From positions 124,001 through 188,000 of the forward strand of contig JBEUKZ010000096.1 in the NCBI GenBank assembly GCA_048128005.1: a DNA stretch of 64,000 nucleotides, written 5' to 3'. Every line of letters starts with the position of its first letter. Position 1 is the first letter of the stretch. Positions 1 to 12,227 of this stretch are shown here, piece by piece. Made by a program: the position numbers and the translations under genes. The notes under the pieces were generated by a model. It had not been told where the DNA came from and made no database searches. It worked only from the letters and a program-made list of their open reading frames with translations. The DNA comes from Veleropilina oligotropha (lineage: Eukaryota).

Positions 1-14
1 TATTTCTATCTCAG

Positions 15-304
15 ACACAGAAACATGCCGTCCCAAATCAGTTATACCAGATTTGGCAAAGAAGCCGTCAGTAAACAAGGAACCAGAGACAGTTCAACCT
101 CGAAGCCCCACGGATAACAATCATGTGAACAATGGAGACTCTTCATCCTCATTGGCTCGGGAGATCAATGCAGACACACAGCTGCCATCTGATGGGGGCT
201 CTGACAATGAAGGGGAGACAAGCGACTTTTCCTCTGGAGATGAATTGGAATCTGGACCCCATGTGGGTGCTCCAGTTTCGGATATACAAGAAGTTTATTT
301 GTAG
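15..304 (+). CDS. Probable last coding exon of an upstream host gene (S/D/E-rich disordered tail ending ...IQEVYL*)
   Basis: Acceptor-like tttctatctcAG at 13-14, open frame to TAG at 302-304, higher GC than the AT-rich UTR-like sequence that follows. No recognisable domain. Confidence 0.4.
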
Positions 305-1200
305 TTTGAATGCACTGTTGTATATTGTATCAAGGATTTTAGGCAGAATCATTAATTTTATGCAACATTATGGCCCAGGATGGTCTCTGTTACTCATTCA
401 TACATATATATTATTATAATATGTAATATACTGCTCACATTGTCGAATAATAGATATCACACTTGTCGAATAATAGATGTCACCCTTGCCAGTTACAATA
501 TTGTAGTGTAAGTCTGGTATCCCAGAATGACATGACATATTGTAAATGATGCACAGAGGTAATTTCACACGTATTTGTGCATATATATGCGCATACTTAT
601 AATACCGTTATATCTATAAATATTTCAGAGATACTTATATATAATATATCATATTTTCTACTTGTCTTGTTACTTTGTCTTCCATTATTATAATGGTTAT
701 TTTGTTAACATTGTGATGCTGTTATTGAAACATTAACAATGTCATTATCTACCGTTTATAAGCTGTCATATAATGTCTATATTCCAGATGTTGACGTCAA
801 TGGATTTACTATGTTACAGTCGCTGTTAAGCTTATGCCAAAATGTTGATTAATAATCAGGATTATCTTGCTTTATTAACAAAATTATATTAATATTACAA
901 GGATTATAACTTAATTTACAACAGAAATTTGACTGCCTAGTGGCTGAATTAGTTGCTTATTGTACACTCGTACAGTTCTAGACCGGTCGAAGACAGTTTA
1001 GAGGTAATATTGATAGGTTTGTAACTGGAATGATTTGTGCGTTTCACCGAATATAACATTACTAGGCGTTACCTGAGTCAGCAACACCAATTCTTTCTAT
1101 TAATTTAAACCAATAGTCATTCTATCGTGTAATTTCTTTCTTTGTTATTTGAATTGAAGTTGGAGAAAATGTTGTTCATGGTCCCAAAGATTGATATTTG

Positions 1201-2526
1201 AAAAAGATTTCACTTACTTTTGGGACGTATAGTTGAAACATATCCGACATTTCGGCAACTCAACTAGTAGCCTTGGTCACGTGATGACTCAGTGACGCTC
1301 GGCCGCAAGGCCATTGATGTTATCAAGGAGAAGCTTCAACAGGATACCACACTCCAGAACCGGTGTGAGCTACAGGTGGACCCGATCATCACCCTGTTGT
1401 CTCTGTGCCTCAACACTACCTACTTCGTGTATGATGGGAGATTTTACCAGCAAACCCAAGGTGCTGCCATGGGAGACATTGTTGCCAACATGTACATGGA
1501 GAATTTCGAAGCCCTGGCCCTGTCAACTGCCCCAGACCCTCCTTTGCTTTGGCTTAGATACGTAGACGACACAGATACGTAGACGACACCTTGTGAAGAT
1601 CCATGAGTATGCGGTTGACAACTTCACGCAACACATAAACTCGATCGACCACAACATTCAATTCAGACCGGTGTATACATACAACGGTGGTACTATGATC
1701 ACGGTGTACCAGAAACCGACATGCACAGACCAGTACCTGATCTTCGCCTCACACCACCCTCTTCAACACAAACGGTCCGCCGTCAGAACTCTCATGTCCC
1801 GAGCCAATGAGTACATCACTACACCAGAGGACAAATTAGAGGAGATTCACCATGTCCATCAAGCTCTCAAGGCCAATGGGTATAGTGAATGGTCGCTAAA
1901 GTTGCCACCTCCAAAATAGAAACCCACAACAAAGTTTGTGCCTAACAACAACAGGCCCAACGGACCATCAATTGGAATCCCATATGTCAAAGGACTCTCA
2001 GAATACCTAGAGTGCATCTACAAGTCCCAGGGGGGTTTTCATGTTCCACAAACCAGCCAACACCATAAGATCTGTGCTAGTACATCCCAAAGACAAAACC
2101 CTCAAAAGACAATATGTGTGGAGTCGTTTATAACATAACATGCGACCAGGATGCATCACACACATATATCAGTGAGACCAAACTCCCCCTTCGAAAACGA
2201 TTCGTGGAACACTGCAGGGTAGACAAGCCTACGGGGTGGGAGACCACTGTAATGCCACCGGACATTCAGTGTCTTTCAACAACACAAAGTTCTCGCCAGG
2301 GAATCAGATTGGAACAGACGAAAGATTATTGAGGTGATATATATCCAACAACATCGTCCTTCCATGAATCATGACCAGGGCTACATCCTTCCTTCCATTT
2401 ACCGCCAGATCCCTTCACAACATCCTGAGCGGCACCGAGTCATCACGTGACCAAGGCTACTAGTTGAGTAGCCAAAACGTCGGATATGTTTCAACTAGAC
2501 GTCCCAAAAGGAAGTGAAATCTTTTT
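1201..2526 (+). mobile_element. 5'-truncated, degenerate Penelope-like retroelement (RT + GIY-YIG) with an inverted copy of its 3' terminal repeat
   Basis: Fragmented ORFs: FYQQTQGAAMG, LRYVDDT (RT core), VYQKPTCTDQYL/SHHPLQHKRS (PLE thumb), GVVYNITC...YISET..LRKRFVEH (GIY-YIG). A 17-bp duplication at ~1556-1589 breaks the frame. 1201-1300 is the reverse complement of 2427-2526. Confidence 0.88.
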
Positions 2527-5500
2527 GAAGTGAAGTTGTTTTCTATTAGAATGTTGTAGCTGTAGTTGCAAAAAAGATTATGGAATATTGTGCATGCAAC
2601 ACAACAAATTATGGGAGCACAAACAATACAGGACGTAATGGATATTTGATATTGAGATATTGCTTCATGAATGGTTTTTAAGTGAATATTGGAAGTTTTG
2701 TAAATTATTACATTGTGTATTACAGTATATATCGGTCACAAAATTTAATCTATTCAATTTCCTTTATGCATTGCTGATGTATCATAAATAGATAATTATA
2801 CTGAATACTGTAAGTTATATGATCATGATATCAAATATTGTATTATAATATTTCATGCAGTATTATAATAATTATCATGCAATTTTAATCATGATTGTAT
2901 AATCAATCATATGAAGAAGCTTTAGTTGTGATTTTGCTTTCATTAATGACCAATGAAAAGGCAGATTTGAATCATGTGATTGGTATTGAATATTGCTGGC
3001 CATTGGCTGAGCAGAATGTAGTCATGTGGCTATAATAATCATTGCCAGCCAATGGAATAGCAGATGTATGTAGCATATCATTATGGGCCAATAGAGAGAA
3101 GAGCTTTAGGGCGTAATCAGTTCACTTCTTCTGGTTGATGGAGAAACCCTTAGATCGATTCATGTCGGTAGACATCTTCTTCTGGAATAGCTTCTTCCAT
3201 CTTCCACAGTGCTTGTGAAAGATTGCAGAAAAAAAGATTGTTGAGATTGCACTTGTTTTAGCATAGGCACTCAATTTAGACGTCGACTGATGTCAATATT
3301 GCACACATTGATGAGTACGTTACAAGTACATTTAATGTGATTTGGTCGTAACAAGTTTGTATATGAAGCATGGGACGATCATACAACCCACCATTATAAT
3401 GCTACAGCATTCACCAATTTCATCACTGTGAATCGTGGAATGTTCCTGGAGTACAATCATGATTTTAGAAATAATTTTCTCTGTTTCAACATGCGTATTT
3501 GCCTTTTCGTTTCACATGTCGTTCATCAAACCATATTGCCATTTCTAATGCATTCAAATGTTTTGATATATTTGTTTATGCAATTTTGTTTGCATTGTGA
3601 TGTTGATATTTTTGCAAATTTATGGGAATTTTTTGTAATAAATGTTATTGTGTCAAATATTTTGTGAATGACAATAGAAATTATTAATATTAGATAATCA
3701 TGTTTAATCACGTGTTGATGATAATTAACAATAGGTATAACAATTATAGAGTGAGCAGTTGATTCAAAATATACCAAGATTAATTTATAGTGTCACTTAT
3801 GATATATAAGTCTACATAAAATGTATTTCATTCCGAAATTGGATGACAATTATCGCTCTGTTTCTCCCTATTAGATACATGAACGAGGCTTTTAGATCAG
3901 CATATTTATCTGGGGAAGGACAAAATTTTGTGAACAATAAATTAGTGGTATTAATTGTATTTAAGAACTCGGATATATCGCTATAATTATGCGTACCTAC
4001 TTGTTTTTAAAGATTTTGTCATATTCCTAGCTTACGTTAATTTGGACATGTCCCAATGTTACCTTAGCATTAAACTTGACAATGTATTAAGAATCGAAAC
4101 CAAATCAATGTCGTTTTCAGATATGGTTGATTTATGTTCTTACTGAAGCATTATGATTTCGTTCTGTTAAGGTTGTTTTTGTTGGTGCTAGGAGGAAACC
4201 ATCATCAGGGAATAACGAGGAGCATAATACGTACGACACAAAAAATAAAACTTTAATGGCGTTACCTCTTACGGACTTAGTTCGTAGTGTATATATGAGA
4301 ACAAGTACGAATTCGCTGTTATGCCTTCATGTGTATATTTCTAGGAACATCTCTGTACACACACGTATATAATTTTATACAAAAAAGTTATTGTTATCTT
4401 TCAATTTGTTGTGTAAATACTATGAATTTAAGTATTTGTTGCTTTTGCTGCTACTGAGTTTACCGTAGAGTATAGAGCAATATGCTGATATTTTGCATGC
4501 ATGTAAAGATTAATTATACATGTAATAAAGTCTATTCTACTTTAATGAAAATGCATTTTAATAGATTTTGATGTCGGAGACATATATCTAGCTTTTGGAA
4601 AATATCAAATTTACATTTTGTCCAATCACAGTCCGTAAAAATGAAGGTCACTTTCACCACTTCTGTAATGGAATTTGTTCAATTTATACGCAATATCCCA
4701 TATCTAGTAAGCTATTTAGTAACAAACTCTTACACGGTGTCATACTGAACTATAATTGTTTAAAAAATATATGTAGCTTGCGATTGGAAAAAATTCCTGC
4801 TTCCGTAAACGCATAATTTGCATGGCTATTCCCACTATCTGCTTATTGCATAAATTATCGCTTTTCCTCTCAAATTAGAGTATGGTACATCTTAACCATC
4901 TTAAAAGTAATAATAAAACTATTTTACCAATTTGGTGTTTTTATGTTTGTGCAAATCATAATAAATTGTACAAAAATAAGGCTGTTTAGTGATGAAATAT
5001 CTGCAAATGACATGTTTTCACAGGGTATTACAATTGAGGGAATGTCAGAATTTGCTGTAAATAGGTGGCCTACATTCATATTTAATTATTCGATCCATTC
5101 ATAAAAATGTCCCTGGGAGGAGGGGGATTTTCATGTAATGGAACAGCCACATTTGTTGGTATCTGTGGTTGGTCAATGAACATTGATTGCTAAGCCAATC
5201 ATTTGTTGTGTTCTTGAATGACAGACAGGCTTCTGCCAGTAATTGATTTTATGGTCATTTAATTGATTGTACTCTGCCAAAGATCACCATTCCATACCGA
5301 AGACTTGGCTCTGCATTGGTCACCCAATTAACTCCATAAACACACATAATCTCTTCTGTCTTGTTAACAATGTGAAATATTGGAAAAGCACCAGTTTAAA
5401 ATAAATAAACCATTATTTCATTTATAATGTAAAGAAAATATCCATTATATTTAAAACAGAAAATAAAAGGATCTTATTGCTACAACTGGTTGAATAAACC

Positions 5501-5949
5501 GCGAAGAACTAGCTGATCTGGCTAAGCTCTAGTGATGGTGGCTAAGACGAGAGGTTGATTCTGGATACTATCCGGTAGTTGTTTAGGACTTTAGTCTGAT
5601 GGATAAATAAATATATGCTTGATGACAACTAAATCTTTTTATTCCCGACAACGGGACGCTGATGCCTTTTGTCCGAACCTCCCGACGCGCAGACCTCGGA
5701 TCGCTGCTCTACTTGATATGGAAACAAGCCTTTATTTTTAAAGTTCAATTTCTTACTGCTGTTATGCTTTGTTTACGACATGCAAAGGTTACATGAAGAG
5801 AACCAGAGGGATAATCGAACAGCAGGTGTTTTGGTAAAGATATAGTTAGGAAAAAAATAAAAAAGTAACATATTTACCATCTGAATTAAGGAGAAGCAGT
5901 ATCGCAAAGTTAAAAGTCGACATTTTCTATTGCGGAGAACAACAGTCCT

Positions 5950-6668
5950 ACACGAAACTTGCTGGTGAATTCACTTTAACAATGTATTGAGGAAAGGGTG
6001 AAATTAAGTGGCTACCAATCGCGATATCTCGGAATACAGAAGCGGTTTCACCATGGTACGCAATCCAACGAGGAACCATTGGTACTGTATTATGACCTTT
6101 ATCAAGACTATCTATGGATCCTAATTCCGCCTACAGCCACTTCAGTACTGAGATCTAAGCATGTGTAAAAGGGGAGATTTAATCCAGAGTGGGACTAGGA
6201 GCTCCCTGCAGGAAAGAAGAGTGTTGGATTCATGGTGTCGGGTTCCGAAGTAGACAAAGGGACATTCGTGATATGCCCTTAAAACGCTTTGCCCACATGA
6301 AATGACTGATGGACCACGTACGTAACCAGTCATGGATAAAGTGAAAGGAACATAGTATGCTAAAACGGCGTATATATGAACACTAGCCGAAATATACATC
6401 GAAACAACAACATCATGAATCCACGAATGTTATCACAGCCCTTCATCACATCTATATATTCCAAGTGCATAGAGCCATTACAAGCCACGACTCTCGTCTA
6501 CAAGAACAGCTTTTTCGTGAGGACAATTCCTGGGTGGAACCGACTAGAGGAGCCAACCGTCCTCCGAGGCCTTCAAAACACCCCTCGGTAGCAACGAAAT
6601 TTCTCTCTCGCCCGTTGTAAAAATGCCAGTATTGCATTCTACGACGTATTAATAGGATACAGATACAC
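5950..6668 (+). mobile_element. Degenerate 3' end of a CR1/L2-group non-LTR retrotransposon
   Basis: Peptide YKNSFFVRTIPGWNRL matches the typical ORF2 C-terminal motif (SFFPRTIxxWNxL). Short repeated tail gatacagatac. The 5' boundary is approximate. Confidence 0.55.
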
Positions 6669-7484
6669 CCTGCTTCGAATTCTTACTGTTTTACTAAACA
6701 TGGAAATACCAATATTATAGATTGATTAAATACTCTGGTGCAAATTTGTAGTCAGATGATTTGTGATTTATTGCATGTGCATTAGACAGAAATATTGCAT
6801 GTTGTTCTGCGCGGATTTTATTCACATCATGCAGAATGCACGCATTACTAATTTATGTAACCACTGTTACAGAAACTTACATACTAATTTTTGCATTACA
6901 TATTGACTTTTGGTTTGAATATATATAGATTATGTGCAGTTATTGCTTTTGTGCAAGCAGCGAAGAATTGACATATAAAAAAAACGGTTTATATATAGAC
7001 AGTACAGCGACACTTCCAATATGCTACGACGTAGTCCAGTCAATGGTGCCCTGCTTTGTGAGCGCTATTAAATCGTATATGGTTTCTTTGATAGCATAAC
7101 CGATGACAGCTCTAGCAACTCGTTAGCAACGGGTAAATAATAACACTTGACAACGTGTAGTAGTAGGCTTTAGGTTTGGTTTATCGCGCTGTATTAAGGT
7201 AAGAACATACATCAAATCGGTTGTACACATGTAGTATTGTTTTGGTTTTCGACCGGTAATGAATATCGTTGTGTATCAAGCATAACTGGTCACCATTGAC
7301 GTAATATGCGGTAAACAATGCGATTATCCTTATGCGGTTATAATTTCGAGCTAACTAATTATTTGCGTACGTGTGCATGCACAGTACGATATTATATATA
7401 ACGACGCATTTGCAAACGTATTCATATATTTATCATATCTATCGCATGTGATGCGGACGCCTACACCAACAATATCAGAATGTA

Positions 7485-7855
7485 AGTAGTACATATGATT
7501 CTAGCTACATGTTTTGTAACCTAACACCAACCCTAACCCTAACCTTCCCTACCTATGTTACTGGGCAACACATTGCGTTTTCCTATACCCCCCTCATGTG
7601 TGTGCGACACATTGCGTTTTCCTATACCCCCCTCATGTGTGTGCGACACATTGCGTTTTGCTATACCTCCTCTATGTGCGTTACTGGGCGACACATTGCG
7701 TTTTCCTATACCCCCCCCCCTCATGTGCGTGCGACACATTGCGTTTTCCTATACCCCCCCTCATGTACGTGCGACACATTGCGTTTTGCTATGCGTGTAT
7801 TTGACGAATCGGCGTTGAGTATGAATTACCCCGCCTAAAACGAACCAACCAAAAA
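7485..7855 (+). repeat. Left terminal inverted repeat of the Polinton, with CCCTAA-like repeats and six GCGACACATTGCGTTTT-core units
   Basis: Reverse complement of ~20944-21315; internal 39-45-bp tandem units. Confidence 0.95.
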
Positions 7856-7890
7856 CCTCTTATTAATATTATATGTGGGTTTCAAAATGG

Positions 7891-7935
7891 TATAAAAAGT
7901 GTGAATAGTCTTTCAATCTCCACTATGTCAGTAAT
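7891..7935 (+). promoter_or_regulatory. Candidate TATA box and Inr for the PC4-like gene
   Basis: TATAAAA at 7891-7897, TCAGT at ~7929, ATG at 7945. Confidence 0.5.
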
Positions 7936-7944
7936 ACCTAGAAG

Positions 7945-8490
7945 ATGGAATCAAAATCAGTCAGTCCTTTGGTCGAGAGATGTCGCCTCGAAATTGGAGG
8001 GGGTGTATTTGTGACGGGAACTCCATGGCGCGACGAATTACTTATTCATATACGTGCGTACGACACTAAAGGAAAGTTATTTCCAACGAAACATGGCATA
8101 GCGCTCATGTTGAAGCAATGGATCGAGTTGGAAGGGTACGTTAAGACAATCGACGAGACCTTGTTGGGATTAACTCAAGGGAAGGAAGAAAAACTATTCG
8201 TCCACCTAGGTGCGAATGTTCACGTTAGCGTGGATAAAAAGTACACGGGTGTAAATATACGTCAGTGGTGGTGGTGCGCAGAGTCCGATTCTATCAAACC
8301 GTCAAAAAAGGGGATTTTCCTGTCGTTGAAACAGTGGGAAAAGTTGAAAGATGCTATCGTTATCCTGCCTGATTTTGTTCCCGAACTTAAAACGACTACT
8401 CCGTGCGCAATTCAACAGGATCACCAGAACCAGATGGGTTATCTGCAGTGTTCGTTTTGCAATCCCAATGGATGTGATACGTGGAAATAA
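7945..8490 (+). CDS. Polinton protein with two tandem PC4/Sub1-like ssDNA-binding domains and a C-terminal CHCC Zn-binding motif
   Basis: Two copies of the PC4 signature: IHIRAY...FPTKHGIALMLKQWIEL and VNIRQWW...KPSKKGIFLSLKQWEKL. Tail PC-x5-H-x8-CxxC. Confidence 0.85.
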   Translation: MESKSVSPLVERCRLEIGGGVFVTGTPWRDELLIHIRAYDTKGKLFPTKHGIALMLKQWIELEGYVKTIDETLLGLTQGKEEKLFVHLGANVHVSVDKKYTGVNIRQWWWCAESDSIKPSKKGIFLSLKQWEKLKDAIVILPDFVPELKTTTPCAIQQDHQNQMGYLQCSFCNPNGCDTWK

Positions 8491-8606
8491 TGATGACATT
8501 ATATGCAGTGAGTATTATAGCAAACATATATTAGACATTAATAATAACGTACGTACCTGTGGAATGCTATAAGACATTGTTGCTCCTTGAATTACTATCA
8601 TTTAGG

Positions 8607-8834
8607 ATGTTATCAACGGTAGAGAATGTTGCGGAAAACATCGTGTCTGGAGCTATGACAACAAAGACTAAAGTAAAATGGACTATTCGATTTATAGCGT
8701 TGTTATTAATGTGTGCCACTGTCGGATTTACATACAATAAAGGAGAACTCTGTGTATCATCAGTGTCGGCAGCCAGGATAGGAGCATATTTTATGAACAT
8801 TACGGATGTTATCAATGGCACAATCGCAACCTAA
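8607..8834 (+). CDS. Small Polinton ORF (75 aa) with a predicted transmembrane helix
   Basis: First ATG at 8607; hydrophobic WTIRFIALLLMCATVGFTY; AATAAA at 8961. Confidence 0.5.
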   Translation: MLSTVENVAENIVSGAMTTKTKVKWTIRFIALLLMCATVGFTYNKGELCVSSVSAARIGAYFMNITDVINGTIAT

Positions 8835-9023
8835 GGATTATGATGAAATTACTATTGATTATTATGAAGCAATTATTGTTATGTTTACTGTCTAAACACC
8901 TCACTACGAAACAAAGATTTGTACAAATTGTATTCATAATTGCTTTGGTTAATAGATGTCAATAAATTTCATTTATATATAAGGTTCTGTTCTTGCTTTT
9001 TTTGTCATTAATATGTAATAAGC

Positions 9024-10098
9024 ATGGTAGAAGAGTACTTGAAAAAATTGTGGCATGATCCGAAGCATGGCTTTGTGGGTCCGGATAAACTACACAGTCT
9101 TGTACAAAAACAGGGGAAATTCGAAATTAGCAAGAAATATATCGTACAGTGGTTGCAGAATCAGGATGCGTACAGTTTACAAAAAGGTGTGATACGGAAA
9201 TTCAAGCGAAGTCGTGTTATAGTCGAAGGAATGGATTCTATGTTTGATGGAGATTTAGCCGATATGCAAAATGTTGCCAAGTACAACGATGATATTACGT
9301 TCTTACTCATCGTGATCGATGTATTTTCTCTTATGGGTGATTCCACTGGAAAACAAGTTGGGAAAAACAATTGTCAATGCGTTAAAATCGATATTTAAGC
9401 AGGGGAGAAAGCCAAACATGATTAGATTTGATAAGGGGAGCGAATTTAATAATAGATTTGTTAAACCGTATTTGGCATCAGAAAATATTGCTGTCATCTT
9501 CACTGAAAATGAAACGAAAGCCAATTATGCAGAACGAGTGATTAGAACATTGAAAAATATGATATATAGATACTTTACTGCTAATCAATCGTACCGATAC
9601 GTAGACGTACTTCCAAGTTTGGTGTCAAATTACAATAATAGTCCTCACCGATCATTAGGTAAATGGACACCCTCTAGCATCACCAAAGAAAACGAAAACG
9701 AGGCAAGATACACTATGTACTTAGCACGAACCAAAATGTCCTCGATCAACAAGAAATACAAATTTAAGAGGGGTGATAAGGTTAGAATATCGCACGTAAA
9801 GCATCCATTTTTACGTGATTATCAGCAAAAATGGTCAGAAGAATTATTTATTATCGTCAAACGATACAAGAGACAAGGGGTGCCCATTTATCGATTAACA
9901 GATTTTGCTGATGAATCAATATCGGGTACATTTTACGAACGGGAATTGCAGATGGTGAATAAAGATGCAGAAACAATTTGGCACATAGAAAAGGTATTGA
10001 AGAGAAGAAAACGTAATGGCCAAAACGAGATTTTTGTGAAATGGATGGGATGGCCTTCGCGATTTAATTCTTGGGTGAAACAGACTGATGTCGTATAA
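9024..10098 (+). pseudogene. Retroviral-type (rve) DDE integrase with C-terminal chromodomain; frameshift at ~9330
   Basis: DLADM, FLLIVIDVFS|LWVIPLENK, FDKGSEF, AERVIRTLK. Chromodomain WHIEKVLKRR...FVKWMGWPSRFNSWV. About 5 nt are missing between DVFS and LW, splitting the gene into two ORFs. Confidence 0.93.
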
Positions 10099-10133
10099 AT
10101 ATATGTACAAAATAATCACGATATCACATCGCC

Positions 10134-10552
10134 ATGAGTATTCGGATGGTGCTCATGTCTACCGATAGTCCTGAGTATTTTGAAAATAAGCCTTACGACT
10201 TCAGAGTAAAACTTAACGGTGTTTTGCAATTTGATGGTTATTGGACTGTATCATTAACCGAATTTTCCGTTAACAATTGTGCAAAGAGCAAAAATACACG
10301 TGATTTATACGTATGTTTCGATGCTTGTAGCGAAAGTGTGGTAGGTGACAAAAAGTACCATTACTGAGAAAAGTGTATTTAAGAAGCAAACCACCATGTA
10401 ATATCATTTATGATCTACCATATTATAATCAGTTGAATCAAAGTCAACTTCAACATGTGCACATTTATATAACAGACCGTAATGGTGAATATGCTTCATT
10501 CATCACAGGAACTGTGACAGTGACACTACATTTTAAAAAGTTCCCTTTCTAA
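10134..10552 (+). pseudogene. Minor capsid protein (penton, single jelly-roll); -1 frameshift in the A-run at 10350-10354
   Basis: N-half YFENKPYDFRVKL...WTVSLTEF...LYVCFD...VVGDKK continues in another frame as PLLRKV...IYITDRNGE...VTVTLHFKKFPF* (TAA 10550-10552), the typical Polinton penton pattern; ~139 aa if repaired. Confidence 0.8.
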
Positions 10553-10554
10553 CG

Positions 10555-10908
10555 ATGCCCGGTTCGATTTATGTAAGCGATCCCCATGTGTGGGACAAAG
10601 TTTTCAAAGACCTTAGATCGGGTAAATTGAAGACAGAAAAACCTAAAAGACGTTATAGCCGCGGTATGACCGGACAGTATAGAACTCCATCCATAATAAG
10701 AATCCCCCTCGTATCACCAGTGGCTGCTGAAGTGGAAAGGGCAAAGGTTCAGTTAGAAAAGCAGAAGGAGGAAGGTTTGCCTCATATAAATGTGACTAAT
10801 AAACGAAAAAGTGACAGTCAGACTATAAACACGGAGAAGGACACATCGTCAACCAAGAAGAGACGTTATTTTTCGAAAGATAACTATAAAGGCACCGTGT
10901 TTGCATAA
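10555..10908 (+). CDS. Basic Polinton protein (117 aa), possible virion core protein
   Basis: K/R-rich; YVSDPHVW and LVSPVAAEVERAK motifs; stop overlaps the capsid ATG (TAATG). Confidence 0.7.
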   Translation: MPGSIYVSDPHVWDKVFKDLRSGKLKTEKPKRRYSRGMTGQYRTPSIIRIPLVSPVAAEVERAKVQLEKQKEEGLPHINVTNKRKSDSQTINTEKDTSSTKKRRYFSKDNYKGTVFA

Positions 10909-12227
10909 TGACGTTTCTTAGCGATGATAATCAGAACATTACGCTTCCAAACGAATTGAATTTGTTTAAAGAAAATACCAATCAAGTAGCCATTGAAAAA
11001 ATTTATTATTCAGAATCGCGACCAATTTCAAACATTCAGAGCGACGATGCACCCGTTGAGTTTAATATTATCGGTCAAGGTCCGGAATACATCGATTTAA
11101 AGCGAAGTCGTTTGTACGTGAAAGCGAGAATAGTAAGAGTTGACGGTACGCAACTCACTAAAGATGAAAAAGTAACGGTTATTAATTTACCCATGCACTC
11201 CATGTGGTCACAGATCGATGTGTACATGAATAATAAATTAGTAAGTTTGAATACCAGCCACTATCCATGGAAAGCATACCTTAAAACCATACTATCTTCA
11301 GGATGCGATCAGCAGAAATCGCAGTTGCAATCTCAATTATTCTTTAAAGACATTGAACCAATGGACGAAACTGAGACTTCAAGTGGTGTGAACAGGGGTC
11401 TTAGGGAGCGTAATGCTTATACTAAAGAAAGTCAACCTTTTGAATTAGTGGGACCGTTACTCGAGGATGTTTTCACAATTGATCGCTACTTGGTTAATAA
11501 TGTTAACATACGCTTAAAGCTTTTTAGATCGCGGGCTCCATTTTTATTGATGTCGGGAGAAAATTCGCCTGCATACAAGCTCGAACTTTTGGATGTTCTT
11601 TTTCAAGTTGCAAGAGTTCGTTTGGATTCTGGTGTAGTTTTGAATCACATGAAGCTATTCGAAGAGAATAAGGCTAAATATTACATGGACAGAACCGAAA
11701 TTAAAATGAATACCATAGCCAGAGGTTCAAGCGATTTCTTTTGGGACAATATTTTTCCGAATGCGAGACCCTCTAAATTGGTCGTTGGATTGATCAACCA
11801 AGCCGCAGTGAATGGTACATATGACAAAAATCCCTATAATTTCCAACATTATAATGTCACAGAAGTAGCTCTCTTTGTGAACGGTGAAAACGTTCCTGGA
11901 CCGCCATTGAAACTCGACTTTAATACGTACGGTGGAGCCGCAATGGCTTATGCAAATTTATTTGACACGTGCGATAAATGGAATACAGACGACGGCCTAG
12001 CAATAGAAAGATATGATTATAAGAACGGATATACTTTTTACGTATTCACTTTGGATCCATGCGATCTGGGAGACAAGTACATTAACTTGATCAGGCACGG
12101 AAATACACGATTGTCGATAAGATTCAACAACGCGATAACTGAAGCTATCAGCTGTCTGGCATTTGCGACATTTCCTGCTCTCCTAGAAATCGACAAAGTG
12201 CGCACGGTTACATACATCCAGCCATGA
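10908..12227 (+). CDS. Double jelly-roll major capsid protein (hexon/PY), intact, 439 aa
   Basis: ELNLF, PVEFNI...YIDLKRSRLYVK, HSMWSQIDVYMN, YPWKAYL and NPYNFQHY motifs typical of Polinton MCP. Confidence 0.92.
   Translation: MTFLSDDNQNITLPNELNLFKENTNQVAIEKIYYSESRPISNIQSDDAPVEFNIIGQGPEYIDLKRSRLYVKARIVRVDGTQLTKDEKVTVINLPMHSMWSQIDVYMNNKLVSLNTSHYPWKAYLKTILSSGCDQQKSQLQSQLFFKDIEPMDETETSSGVNRGLRERNAYTKESQPFELVGPLLEDVFTIDRYLVNNVNIRLKLFRSRAPFLLMSGENSPAYKLELLDVLFQVARVRLDSGVVLNHMKLFEENKAKYYMDRTEIKMNTIARGSSDFFWDNIFPNARPSKLVVGLINQAAVNGTYDKNPYNFQHYNVTEVALFVNGENVPGPPLKLDFNTYGGAAMAYANLFDTCDKWNTDDGLAIERYDYKNGYTFYVFTLDPCDLGDKYINLIRHGNTRLSIRFNNAITEAISCLAFATFPALLEIDKVRTVTYIQP

Noticed and set aside
7509..7838. 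ORFs in both TIRs (also 20960-21291)
   Set aside because: Open in several frames and strands only because of the tandem units; no coding signature.
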